Shown here one piece after another: positions 28,750 through 38,838 of a DNA stretch of 64,000 nt (its first letter is position 1; each line of letters begins with the position of its first letter). Below the pieces are notes generated by a model. That model was not told the origin of the DNA, ran no database searches, and saw only the letters and a program-made list of their open reading frames with translations. Position numbers and translations under genes: made by a program. The DNA comes from a virus (Duplodnaviria > Caudoviricetes): positions 2,107 through 66,106 of IMG/VR virus record IMGVR_UViG_3300035201_000245; one strand, given 5' to 3'.

Positions 28750-30875
28750 TATAAGAAGTTACCTCCAGACCCTAAACTCATTGCTTTTTCAGCTTGACTT
28801 TGTGCTGCTTGTGCAACTCCAGCACCACTTCCACCATCCGATGAAGAACCTCCACCCTGCATAGTATGAACATCATTTGGTGAACAATGTGGTGGTGGAT
28901 CACAATTAAACAATTCCGAAACTGATTGTACAAAAGTTAATGATGATGCGATATCAAAACTCATTCCACCCAGTCCACCCAAACCACCCAGTAAATTACC
29001 AGGATTTATTCCTGCTAATGCAGCACCCTTACCTGCAATTGAATTTAAAACTCCAGGATACATTGAAGCAAGTCCTCCTGCTGCACTAAGAAGATTTGCC
29101 GTATTACCTGATGAGATTGCATCAAAAGCTGTACCCATTCCTTGCATTAACTTAGAATCTACACCTAATATATTAGTCATTGCACCAAAACCACTCAGCA
29201 AATCTCCATTCTTAATTGCTGCAATTGCTACACCTATTGCAGCAGCATTTGCGGGAATATTTTTACCAGAAAGGTCAAGGAATGATGACATTCCTGCATC
29301 ATAATTACCTCTATTAAAACTATTAACAACAGATCCTATCTCATTAGGACTTACTCCTGCTTGCTCTGCCATAGTAGATGACATAGCACCAACAAAATCT
29401 CCTGATGATACTGCTGCTAAAACATTTGCTTCATTAATTGCAGTATCAAAACTACCCACTCCTTCAGTTCCACCCTCATTCATATCTCCACCCAAAGATT
29501 GTTTAACAGTATTAACAATTGGACCAGCAGCTGCATCATATGCACCCATTATATCATTAATAACAGACCCCAATACTTCCCCAACTAATTCCTCAGTTGA
29601 ACAAAGAGGATCGGGAGAATAATATCCATCTCTTGGAAGTGGTGGAAGTATCTCTGCACCTGGAGTTTTAAGTTCTGGTATCATCTCTTCAGTTGCAACC
29701 CAGTTTCCATGACTATCACCATCTGCATTTACAACAGGAATAAATGTCTCAAGAACACCATTGTTTGCTCTTGTACTTCCTAATGCAGTACCAATACCAA
29801 CAGGTGGTGTCGCTCTTGATTGATTCTTTTTCTTTTGGAATGCTTTTATTAATGCACCAGCAAGTAACCCCGCTAACCTACCATTAATACCATTAAATGC
29901 ACAAGAAATACCTTCAAGTCCCGCAATCTGTTCTTCCAATAACTTATTCTTAAAAGATGGAACAGCCAAATTTAACATTGGTTGCATCTTCTCTACAAAA
30001 TCATTTGTAGTAAACTGTTGAACCTGTCCCATTATACCTTTCATATACTTGGACATCTCTTTTGATGCTCTATCAATTTCATCACTTACATTTCTACTCA
30101 TCTGAACTATGGGCATTCCTGCAGCTGCAGCAGCATCCGCTTCTGCCTTTTTAAACTTATCTAAAGTTTCAGTAAGAGTTTCCTGTACTGTCTGAATATT
30201 TTTCATATCAGACCCTCGATTTGGATTAGGACATGCTAATGCATGTTTCTCTTCCAATACATTCTTTTTCTTCTCGTCTGCTGTTGTATATAAATTAGTA
30301 GAATCTACACTTTCTCTTGATACATTTGAATCTGATGGGGAATTATATGCTTCATTTCCTGCTTGCTGTGGAGCAAAATCATTATCCTTTAACTTCTTCT
30401 GAGTTGTTGGTTCTTCATCTGCATTTTTAGAATGAAAACTTTGAGGTGCATAGTTCTCACCACCACCCTCTTCACTACCAGTCTTTCTTCCCATAATTGT
30501 CTTGGCATTATTACCAAGAACACCCATAATCACAGGAGATTGTTTATCCTGTCCATCAAGAAAGAAACCAAAAACAAACATCCCTTGCTTTAATGCAGGA
30601 GTCATAGATGATCCACCTTGACCACCACCAGCAGTAATAGGATACATTACTTGGGCCCAAGGAAGTTGCTCTGCTTTAATAGCAGCTTCAGATTGATCAT
30701 GGTAACCCATAATCTTTACCTTATAACGGTAACCCCAAGCAGGAATGTCTGTTACCTTCTCAAATTTTTCTGGGTTTATGTTTTCACGCCACGTAGAATC
30801 ATCTACAATCTGGCCAATCCACCAATGGAAACCAGATCCTACAAAACCAGGATTAAAAAGACCATTACCTTCCAT
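28749..30875 (-). CDS. gp5: Baseplate hub/central spike gp5 (N-terminal OB domain; no recognisable lysozyme domain)
   Basis: F.WWIGQIVD...YRYKVKIMGYH...LPWAQVMYP...VFGFFLDG...PVIMG. Confidence 0.85.
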   Translation of the reverse strand: MEGNGLFNPGFVGSGFHWWIGQIVDDSTWRENINPEKFEKVTDIPAWGYRYKVKIMGYHDQSEAAIKAEQLPWAQVMYPITAGGGQGGSSMTPALKQGMFVFGFFLDGQDKQSPVIMGVLGNNAKTIMGRKTGSEEGGGENYAPQSFHSKNADEEPTTQKKLKDNDFAPQQAGNEAYNSPSDSNVSRESVDSTNLYTTADEKKKNVLEEKHALACPNPNRGSDMKNIQTVQETLTETLDKFKKAEADAAAAAGMPIVQMSRNVSDEIDRASKEMSKYMKGIMGQVQQFTTNDFVEKMQPMLNLAVPSFKNKLLEEQIAGLEGISCAFNGINGRLAGLLAGALIKAFQKKKNQSRATPPVGIGTALGSTRANNGVLETFIPVVNADGDSHGNWVATEEMIPELKTPGAEILPPLPRDGYYSPDPLCSTEELVGEVLGSVINDIMGAYDAAAGPIVNTVKQSLGGDMNEGGTEGVGSFDTAINEANVLAAVSSGDFVGAMSSTMAEQAGVSPNEIGSVVNSFNRGNYDAGMSSFLDLSGKNIPANAAAIGVAIAAIKNGDLLSGFGAMTNILGVDSKLMQGMGTAFDAISSGNTANLLSAAGGLASMYPGVLNSIAGKGAALAGINPGNLLGGLGGLGGMSFDIASSLTFVQSVSELFNCDPPPHCSPNDVHTMQGGGSSSDGGSGAGVAQAAQSQAEKAMSLGSGGNFL

Positions 30876-31129
30876 TATTCGTCGTATACTCTACACTCTA
30901 GTGCATCAGGATGATTATCACAATACTGATCCAACTTCTTATCCTGATGTCTTAAATGATAATCATTAATACCAGTTTCTGGTTCATCATCCTTATGGTA
31001 CTCTTCATAATTAGCATGAATATTTTCTAAGTCGTCCTTAGAATATTCTAACATACCATGATTGATATGTTCTTTACCATCCTTAGGGTCAAGATAAACT
31101 TCGTGATCTAAATCGTGCTTCTTTGTCAT
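30875..31129 (-). CDS. cp12: CP12-like Calvin cycle inhibitor
   Basis: C-terminal LDQYCDNHPDALECRVYDE matches the CP12 C-terminal Cys pair motif. Confidence 0.75.
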   Translation of the reverse strand: MTKKHDLDHEVYLDPKDGKEHINHGMLEYSKDDLENIHANYEEYHKDDEPETGINDYHLRHQDKKLDQYCDNHPDALECRVYDE

Positions 31130-31135
31130 AATGGA

Positions 31136-32524
31136 TTACCTATTGGTGTGGTTGCCTTTTCTTCCAAATGAATCCCGTGCCAAGTTTAACTTAGTCCAAG
31201 TTCCATCTGGATTCACTAAGTGGCATAAGTCAGCTATAATATATAGACCCCCACTTTGCCTATTTACTGTATCATCTCTTTCAGACTGAACAGCAGGAAT
31301 GTCAACAAATATAACATCTCCTGCGTGTAAACTAAAGTCACCAGCAATAGTAATCTCCATCATACCAGAAAAGAGTTGATTATACCTACGAATTGCTTGA
31401 TTGAGATTCTTTGCTACGTTAAGATTTTCTTCTTCGTTAGACTTTATCTGCTCATCAGTAGCACCAGCAGGAAGAGAACCAATATCTAATAAATGATATG
31501 TTGTACGTGTTGCTTTCTTATTCTCAAACTTCTCATTAAATACAGGAAGTTCTTTACCAGCAAGTTGCAATCCAGGAGATTGATTACTATCAAGATCAGT
31601 AGCACTCTGTTCTATTACTTCATAATGACAATTAAATGGATTAAAAATAACCAACTTTGTAGCATATGCACCCATCATCATTTTCTCTTGAGCATTAATA
31701 GCATTATCAGATGACTGCTTTAATATTTTTCCATCATAACCCACAGGAATTTGACCACGAGCATCTGTAGATTCATTAAAGATAAAAGATTTCTTTTTCT
31801 CTTGCTTAAACAATGAATCTATGGATTTAAAATGAAACTTTTCTGATGTCTCAAAGAAAAGAAATCCTGCAGTCTTATTTGTTCCACCACTAGTTGGATT
31901 ATTTTCTGTGGAAACATTTGCTTGTTGATTAATCGGAACTGAATACTTAGAGAGATAGTTAAGAATATAAAATGGTTTACGTCCATTACCAAGAAAGTTA
32001 TAAGTATTAGAAGTCTCCTCTATATCAACTTCCTTTGTAGTCTTAAAAGATATACTTGTCTTTGGTTCTTCTGCACCAGCAGGAGCACCTTTTATAATAC
32101 TAGTAACATGATCAGAAATCTTTCCACTATATCTTTCAATTAATCTCATCCTACCTTCTTCATTCTTAATATATTCTTCTGATACCAATTGAATACTAAC
32201 TATCTGTTTATTTGTATCCTCTACAACTGGTGTTACCTTATTAACATTTAAATCTACCTTTATTTCATTCTCCTGATTATCCTTAAATACTAATTTCACA
32301 TCCTCTGTTCCTACTAAAGGTAAACCTTCTAAAATAGATTGATTATCAATAGCATTACCAGAATCAACAAATGTATAAACTGCTTTTATAGAATCTTGTA
32401 AAATACTTTCATAATATCTAAGCTCAATAAATCCACCAAGTAAACTTGCAGATTTACTTGAATCTTTATTGGATGTTACATCTACCTTGGTTGGAAGGGA
32501 TGGTACTGAGAGTTGTGAAGCCAT
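31136..32524 (-). CDS. Baseplate hub/tail protein (gp27-like)
   Basis: YYESIL, GFLFFET...FHFKSID, I.I.GDFSLHAGD...SGGLYIIADLCH; position upstream of gp5. Confidence 0.7.
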   Translation of the reverse strand: MASQLSVPSLPTKVDVTSNKDSSKSASLLGGFIELRYYESILQDSIKAVYTFVDSGNAIDNQSILEGLPLVGTEDVKLVFKDNQENEIKVDLNVNKVTPVVEDTNKQIVSIQLVSEEYIKNEEGRMRLIERYSGKISDHVTSIIKGAPAGAEEPKTSISFKTTKEVDIEETSNTYNFLGNGRKPFYILNYLSKYSVPINQQANVSTENNPTSGGTNKTAGFLFFETSEKFHFKSIDSLFKQEKKKSFIFNESTDARGQIPVGYDGKILKQSSDNAINAQEKMMMGAYATKLVIFNPFNCHYEVIEQSATDLDSNQSPGLQLAGKELPVFNEKFENKKATRTTYHLLDIGSLPAGATDEQIKSNEEENLNVAKNLNQAIRRYNQLFSGMMEITIAGDFSLHAGDVIFVDIPAVQSERDDTVNRQSGGLYIIADLCHLVNPDGTWTKLNLARDSFGRKGNHTNR

Positions 32525-32531
32525 ATCTTAT

Positions 32532-34589
32532 TTACCCCTGATATAAATGCGTAACCATTGGATCATCAGAACTTTCTGAAGATGAGGATGATCCACCACC
32601 ACCTCCACCAGAAGTAACAACTGCTCTATTAGGAGTTATTATAGGTATAGGAATAATCATTGGTTCCCCTTCTCCACCCTCATAAGAAGTAGACTCGGAT
32701 ACATCTGAAGCATCAGAATTACCATTACTTGATGCTACAGATTCTGCTCCACCATTAGATCCACCACTACCAGGGAAGAAAGCATTCTTAGTATGGTTAA
32801 ACATAAACCCAGGATGACCAAGCAACCAGAACTTAGGAAATCCTTTTACTTCACCATTATCATCTACAAGTGCAGATAATCCAGGAATACTCTGCCATAA
32901 GAAACCTAATATTCTAGGTAACCTTGGAAGATTTTCTAAAAAGTCTGGTCTCCATTCATGTAAGAATGGTAAAACAGGTTCACCACCAATACCTAATGAT
33001 ATCTTACCACTAAAAGGCCAAATGTCAGGCCATGTCATATCGAAGAATTTATATAACGCATCCTGTATACCCACATTGGGTATCTCAAACATTGGGAAGG
33101 TTGACTTCCATCTTTCTACTCCAGAACCAATCCATTCTCCTATTATCCTTCCTATATTACCTATCTTTGCAGTTGCCCAAGGTATTGCTTCAAGGAACAC
33201 CCACTTTCCAAAATTAAATAATATATTTCCACCTTGCTGAATTATTCTTAGTAAATCACCAATGATAGGAATCTTAGTAAGGAATCCAAAAATACCTTTA
33301 AAGGTATCTACAAGCATCGTTAATGCTTTACCAGGATTTCTCTCCATAATTGCATAATAAAGTAAGTCACCAACAAATGCACCTACCATTTCACCAATCA
33401 TCAAACCAATAAATGCAACAGGTCCACCAACAGCACCAATTCCTGCACCTATTGCTCCACCCAATGCAGAACCAACCGCTTTAAATAATGCCTGTCCAAG
33501 TGGTTCCCCAGACATCAATGATACTATACCAACAATTAATGGACCAAGAATGGGAATCCTACCAAAGAATCCTTTAACTGCTGGCATTGCACCTTTAATA
33601 GCAGGTCCAATAATGTTAGCAGCTTTACCAAATATCTTAACAACTAATCCACTTGCTCTACCTGCTGCTGTTCCACCTAATCTTGAGGCAATCGCAGTAC
33701 CACCCCTACTAAGAAGACCACCTACTCTACTTAGACCAGCTCTACCTACATTAAGTAATCCCCGACCAGCACTCCTAACAATACCACCAGCACGTTGAGC
33801 AAGTTTAGCAAAGAACATTCTCGCCTTTCTACCTATCAATCTCCTCACCTTAGTCCAAATAGTCCTAACAATTCTCCTAACAAATCCAAATACTCTTTTT
33901 ATATTCGCAATTATTTGTTTAAATATTTTTTCAAAAACTAATTTCCATACAAGGAAACCCGTAATTAAATCCTTTAGACTTGAAGTAAAAGTTTTAAATT
34001 TTTCTAATGCTTCTTCACCAAACGTATTACCTACCCATTGCTCAAGTTGATCATAAAGACCATAAGCCCAATCAATAAAAGTTGCAAGTCCATCTAATAT
34101 CTTTCCACCAATATTACCAACCCATGAAATAAAGTCAATAAAACCATTCAAAAATCCTAAAAATTCAGGATCTTGCAACTTATCAACCAACTTCATTATA
34201 ACACTACCAATCAAGAAAGTTATAAGGAAATGAAATACCCTATCAAAAATACCCATTCCTTTAGCCTTTAGACCACCTCCACCACCACCTTTTTTCTTCT
34301 CTGCTTCTAATGCTGCTTCTCTAGCCTTACGTCTTTCATTTTCTGCTTTTCTTTTTCTAAGACCTTCTCTTACTTTAGATAATACTAACTGATCCTTTAA
34401 TCCATTACTAACCTCACCAAGTTTTACATTAACAATATGTAAAGACTGAACTTGTTCTGAGGTAATCCTTGCACCACCACCTGGTTTTGTTGGTAATAAT
34501 TTCTCAGCAGTTATCTTTGGAGATGATTTCTTATCTCCACCACCCATAATCTTTTGAACTCTTGCTCTTCTTTCTTCTTTTACTGCCAT
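32532..34589 (-). CDS. Tape-measure-like / baseplate hub protein
   Basis: Long helical Gly/Ala-rich protein with hydrophobic segments (RIPILGPLIVG), in tail module. Confidence 0.55.
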   Translation of the reverse strand: MAVKEERRARVQKIMGGGDKKSSPKITAEKLLPTKPGGGARITSEQVQSLHIVNVKLGEVSNGLKDQLVLSKVREGLRKRKAENERRKAREAALEAEKKKGGGGGGLKAKGMGIFDRVFHFLITFLIGSVIMKLVDKLQDPEFLGFLNGFIDFISWVGNIGGKILDGLATFIDWAYGLYDQLEQWVGNTFGEEALEKFKTFTSSLKDLITGFLVWKLVFEKIFKQIIANIKRVFGFVRRIVRTIWTKVRRLIGRKARMFFAKLAQRAGGIVRSAGRGLLNVGRAGLSRVGGLLSRGGTAIASRLGGTAAGRASGLVVKIFGKAANIIGPAIKGAMPAVKGFFGRIPILGPLIVGIVSLMSGEPLGQALFKAVGSALGGAIGAGIGAVGGPVAFIGLMIGEMVGAFVGDLLYYAIMERNPGKALTMLVDTFKGIFGFLTKIPIIGDLLRIIQQGGNILFNFGKWVFLEAIPWATAKIGNIGRIIGEWIGSGVERWKSTFPMFEIPNVGIQDALYKFFDMTWPDIWPFSGKISLGIGGEPVLPFLHEWRPDFLENLPRLPRILGFLWQSIPGLSALVDDNGEVKGFPKFWLLGHPGFMFNHTKNAFFPGSGGSNGGAESVASSNGNSDASDVSESTSYEGGEGEPMIIPIPIITPNRAVVTSGGGGGGSSSSSESSDDPMVTHLYQG

Positions 34590-34590
34590 C

Positions 34591-36177
34591 TTATCTTCTT
34601 ATCCCCAATGTCTGCTCTTTTGGTTTACCACCCCAAGCAATAGCACTAAAAGATGGAACACCACTTCCAGTTCCAGGTGGAGCTCCAGTTACTCCTCCTG
34701 AACCAGAACCTGCTTCTGTAGGAACTAACTGAATAGATTGAGCAGTCATAACTGGAGTACCTGGAGGTGCTATATTATCATTAGTACCAGACGGTTGAAC
34801 TGATCCACCACCAGCAAAATGTTTCTCAACACCACTCCCACCACTATGATAATGATGCTCAACAGGTACATTAGTTCCACCAGCAGCAGCATTCATAGAA
34901 GCAAAAGTATTAGCACCAAAAGTATTCACAGCACTCTTACTCATCACAAATTCACCTGCAGTTAACTTCGCAGGAACTTTATCTACTCCACCTCTTCCTG
35001 TTACCTTACCACCTTTTGCAAATGGTTTACGATATTCTTTTCCTTCATATGGAAGCATTGTTTGAGTTGGTTTAACTTCAACATTATTATTTGTATCTCC
35101 ACTATAACTATTCTTATTCAGAACTAATCCACCACCATTAAATGCAGATCCACCACCACTACTATTACTACTACCTGATGGTCTATTAGTTCCACCAGCT
35201 GCAGCATTCATACCAGCAAGAGTATCAGAACCATACTGTTGAACTGCACCCTTACTCATTACAAATTCACCTGCAGTTAATTGTGCAGGAACTTTATCTA
35301 CTCCACCAGGTCCTTTTACTAATCCACCTTCATTGAACATCTGCAAAGGTTCTTCCTGATCCCGCTGTGTTGGTGGTTGTTCCTCTGGTGGAGTAACATC
35401 TGGTTGTTCAGAATCTTGTTCAGCCTCGTTTATCAGATTATCTACATCTATATCTTCACCTAGAGTCTCAAGATTATTCAGATCCGAATCACCTTCAGCA
35501 ATAACTTCAGCAGTATCTTTATTCAATCCAAAAATAGATTTAACTGCAGCAATAATCTTAGTTACAGCCCATGTTCCCAATACAATTATCCCTAAAATAA
35601 CTCCACCTGGTCCCAATAAAGCTGGAAAAAATGCTATCAAACCAGCAAGTAAAACAGGCCACCAATCTTTAAAGAATCTAATTAAAGTTGTAACTTTTTT
35701 CGAATTATTCTTATCTTGGAACCAATCAAAGAATTTCATTACTCCTGCACCAAGAAGAAAAACTCCTATAAACTTTAGTATCCTATCAAAAAGATTTTTT
35801 ACAGGTGCTATTGCCTTCATTGCTACTTTCTTAACACCACCACCCATCTTTTCTAAGAAATTTTCTCTCTTCTTTCTACCTTTCTGTTCTGTAGATATTC
35901 TTTCATCTTCTACCTTATCCTTTTCAAATTTATTCTGATCTTCAACTGTTTCAGAAATACTCTCAACAGATGCAGCAATACCTGATATAGTATCACCAAC
36001 CTTATTCTTACCATCAGATTGCTGACGCATCTTCAGGATATTTTTCAATATAGTTATCTTCCTCTCATTAGTTTCAACTCTCTTCTCTAACTTATTACCT
36101 GCAGCAAAAGATGCACCCATAAATTTGGATGGATCTATCCCTCTTCTAGTTGGTGCTGCTTGTTCTTCTTCAGGCAT
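34591..36177 (-). CDS. Tape-measure-like / baseplate hub protein
   Basis: Coiled-coil N-terminus, TM-like segments, duplicated GGVDKVPAxLTAGEFVMSK motif. Confidence 0.55.
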   Translation of the reverse strand: MPEEEQAAPTRRGIDPSKFMGASFAAGNKLEKRVETNERKITILKNILKMRQQSDGKNKVGDTISGIAASVESISETVEDQNKFEKDKVEDERISTEQKGRKKRENFLEKMGGGVKKVAMKAIAPVKNLFDRILKFIGVFLLGAGVMKFFDWFQDKNNSKKVTTLIRFFKDWWPVLLAGLIAFFPALLGPGGVILGIIVLGTWAVTKIIAAVKSIFGLNKDTAEVIAEGDSDLNNLETLGEDIDVDNLINEAEQDSEQPDVTPPEEQPPTQRDQEEPLQMFNEGGLVKGPGGVDKVPAQLTAGEFVMSKGAVQQYGSDTLAGMNAAAGGTNRPSGSSNSSGGGSAFNGGGLVLNKNSYSGDTNNNVEVKPTQTMLPYEGKEYRKPFAKGGKVTGRGGVDKVPAKLTAGEFVMSKSAVNTFGANTFASMNAAAGGTNVPVEHHYHSGGSGVEKHFAGGGSVQPSGTNDNIAPPGTPVMTAQSIQLVPTEAGSGSGGVTGAPPGTGSGVPSFSAIAWGGKPKEQTLGIRR

Positions 36178-36352
36178 TATTTTTTTGTTGTTGTTGTTTC
36201 AACTTCTCTTCTTCGAGATGTTGTTTTAATAATCCAACATAAATGTCTCGTTCCCAAGGCATCCAATTTTCAATCTCTGTTAAGCTATATTTATGGTACT
36301 GCATCAAAGCAAAATTAAGCCTGAAATAAGATTCCAGGTTCATGTATACCAT
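36170..36352 (-). CDS. gp51: gp51-like baseplate hub assembly protein (possibly the C-terminal part of a -1 frameshift product)
   Basis: YFRLNFALMQYHKYSLTEIENWMPWERDIY. Confidence 0.8.
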   Translation of the reverse strand: MVYMNLESYFRLNFALMQYHKYSLTEIENWMPWERDIYVGLLKQHLEEEKLKQQQQKNNA

Positions 36353-36354
36353 AG

Positions 36355-37074
36355 CTACGCGAAAAAAGACGCTAAGCCCTCCAATACCACTTCACTTTCA
36401 ACTTTTGTATTAGGATTAGTTACCTTCACTGTATGAGATAACTTAGGCATTGTTGTAAAGAAACTTTCAATCTCCTTAAACTGTGCCGAATTCATTGACT
36501 CAAGAAAGTCATTCATTTCTTTCTTGGTACAATCAGATGAAGTCCAAACCTCTTCCTCATTATAAATTTTATCAATACAAGATGCAATCAATTCAAATGA
36601 CTGCTGCATCTGATTCTTTTCATCAAACTCAAAGTTATTCTTAATAAACTCATTCAAAGATGGATACTTCATCTCCATCATTAAACTTTTATCTAACTGA
36701 ATCTTATTACTATGTTCCTCAGTTTTCTGAACATGAATATCATCAAGATCAATAGTTATAGGAACTTGGGTCTTCTCATCATCAGGACAAATAATATTAA
36801 CTTCTAGTTCTTCTCCAACAGATTTACCCCTGATATGTAAGAACAAAAATTCAATATCAAATGTTGGTAATGTTTCTACTTTAATTCCCTTTGTAAGAAC
36901 ACAAGCTTTGATGACTGCTTTAATAGCATTCGTTATTTGTTTTGTATCTTCACTCTCTAAAGCAAGTACAAGTAATTTTTCTTCTTTAACTAGGAAAGGT
37001 CTGTATGTAATTGTCTTTCCTGTTGATGGCAACTCAAGTTCATAAGTTGGCGTAGCAATCTTTGGTAAAGGCAT
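36355..37074 (-). CDS. gp26: gp26-like baseplate hub assembly chaperone
   Basis: MPLPKIATPTYELELPSTGK.I.YRPFLVKEEK...FDIEFLFL.IRGKSVGE. Confidence 0.9.
   Translation of the reverse strand: MPLPKIATPTYELELPSTGKTITYRPFLVKEEKLLVLALESEDTKQITNAIKAVIKACVLTKGIKVETLPTFDIEFLFLHIRGKSVGEELEVNIICPDDEKTQVPITIDLDDIHVQKTEEHSNKIQLDKSLMMEMKYPSLNEFIKNNFEFDEKNQMQQSFELIASCIDKIYNEEEVWTSSDCTKKEMNDFLESMNSAQFKEIESFFTTMPKLSHTVKVTNPNTKVESEVVLEGLASFFA
36361..36367 (-). other. Candidate -1 programmed frameshift heptamer T TTT TTC
   Basis: X XXY YYZ in correct phase immediately before the last codon and stop; the -1 frame is open into the gp51-like ORF. Confidence 0.65.
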
Positions 37075-37105
37075 AATGTTTTATAACAAGTCGTATATGT
37101 ATATA

Positions 37106-37939
37106 TCAGCTCAGTAGAGACTCTGTAAGACCACCAGCAAAATCACCAAGCCATCTGTTACCAGTAAGACTAGTGACTGCTCTATCAGCCAATGCTCCAC
37201 CAAACTGAGAGATATTAAACCCTGCTTGACCTATAGGATTTAATATTGGGTCAGATGAATCTGAATTACCAGCAGTTGTAATGTACCTAGAATAAGTAAA
37301 TGAAACAGTACACTTTAAAAGTGATGATGAATCATATGTCACAGGCATTGAAGAAATTGCTAACGGATATGTATTAATAAAGGTATAGGTAAGAGGTATT
37401 GCTCTCCGAATTCTATCAGCACTACCTCTTTTTGCTTCTATATTCTTCTCAAACTTTGTAATCTCAAGGGATCCCTTATAATCATTAGGGAATCTCATAC
37501 GATAATGAAAGTGTGGACTCCTATTATCCATCTTTTCATTACCAATAAACTGAATCCATGATTCAAAATATCTAATAGGTAAGTACTCTACTGCATCACA
37601 ATAGAATGTTAAGTCAATTCTATCATCAAATATTCTACGGTGAACATGTCTTTCTGTTACACCAGTATGATCATTAAGTAATTCAGTTGTTGCTAAGTTT
37701 GATCCCGGCAATGCTGTCTCACAACACATTAAATTTAACTTATCTCTCTTTTCATTAGGAAGACTACTTCCAACCTCCATGATCCCTTGCTTACGAAGAT
37801 AATCTCCAAAATCTGAAGTACCAAATGCACCTCTAGAAGGATCTCCAATCATCACTTGAAAGTGTGATGTGGTAGCTGGATTTAATAGTTTGGCCTTGAC
37901 TTCTGAAAGAGACCTTGATCGTGGTCTTGGTGATGCCAT
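37106..37939 (-). CDS. Tail tube-like / baseplate tail-tube initiator (gp19/gp54 family)
   Basis: C.E..LPGS.L.T...LTFY.D....IRYFE.W...Y.F...YP..IS...V.Y......K.TV.F.Y. Confidence 0.75.
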   Translation of the reverse strand: MASPRPRSRSLSEVKAKLLNPATTSHFQVMIGDPSRGAFGTSDFGDYLRKQGIMEVGSSLPNEKRDKLNLMCCETALPGSNLATTELLNDHTGVTERHVHRRIFDDRIDLTFYCDAVEYLPIRYFESWIQFIGNEKMDNRSPHFHYRMRFPNDYKGSLEITKFEKNIEAKRGSADRIRRAIPLTYTFINTYPLAISSMPVTYDSSSLLKCTVSFTYSRYITTAGNSDSSDPILNPIGQAGFNISQFGGALADRAVTSLTGNRWLGDFAGGLTESLLS

Positions 37940-37981
37940 TTATAAATACTATTTGACCTTATATATTATGTATGCAAGATA

Positions 37982-38425
37982 ATGGCAGAAAGTATTAAGA
38001 GTCGGTACAAACCATTAAATCCACAGAAATATCAAGGCAATCCCAACAATATTATCTGTAGAAGTAGTTGGGAAAGAAAGTTTTGTCAGTGGGCTGATAG
38101 AAAAGATAGTGTAATCTCTTGGGCATCAGAAGAAATTACTATACCATACGTTTCTCCTAAAGATAATAAAGTGCATCGTTACTATCCAGACTTTCTTATT
38201 AAAATAAAAGAAACTAACAATAGAATTAAAACATATGTGGTTGAAGTCAAACCAAAGAAACAAACACTACCACCTAAACCAAGAAAGAAAGTGACCAAAT
38301 CATACATCTATGAGTGTCAAACCTATGCTGTAAATCAAGCGAAGTGGAAAGCAGCATCAGAATTCTGTAAGGATAATCGTATTGAATTTAAAATCATAAC
38401 AGAACAAGAATTAGGTATCAGATAA
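37982..38425 (+). CDS. gp4: Head completion nuclease gp4
   Basis: KY.G.P.NII.RSSWERKF..W.D...W.SEE..IPY...HRYYPDF...EVKP; TATAAATA at 37941. Confidence 0.9.
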   Translation: MAESIKSRYKPLNPQKYQGNPNNIICRSSWERKFCQWADRKDSVISWASEEITIPYVSPKDNKVHRYYPDFLIKIKETNNRIKTYVVEVKPKKQTLPPKPRKKVTKSYIYECQTYAVNQAKWKAASEFCKDNRIEFKIITEQELGIR

Positions 38426-38826
38426 TGACATACTCTCCTGGTAAAGAATTCGTATTTGATGAAAAATTTGATCAAAATGAAAATAGAATTATAGGAAATG
38501 ATATAAACCTCAGAACCAACGACCCTGAAGATATGATGTTAGAAATTATGGAGTTATTAAATGATACTGTAACACCTATACCTGAAGTAGGTAAGTTCTA
38601 TACCTTTGTATATAATGCTAAGACTCCTGGTTATCAATACGATCAGCACCCATTGATTGCTTGTACTTCATTAGAACAATGGGGTTTTAAAGGACTTAAT
38701 TTTCACTGGCAACAATCCAGAAACTACACCTGGAATGAACTGGCAGGTCAATTATATATTGTACAATGGAATGAACTTGATGACCTCATGGCCATACCTT
38801 ATGCAAAATTCATCCTAAATAAATAA
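38425..38826 (+). CDS. DNA end protector gp2-like
   Basis: GKFYTFVYNAKT...YDQHPLI...GF.GLNFH. Confidence 0.6.
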   Translation: MTYSPGKEFVFDEKFDQNENRIIGNDINLRTNDPEDMMLEIMELLNDTVTPIPEVGKFYTFVYNAKTPGYQYDQHPLIACTSLEQWGFKGLNFHWQQSRNYTWNELAGQLYIVQWNELDDLMAIPYAKFILNK

Positions 38827-38838
38827 AAAGTCTTATAT

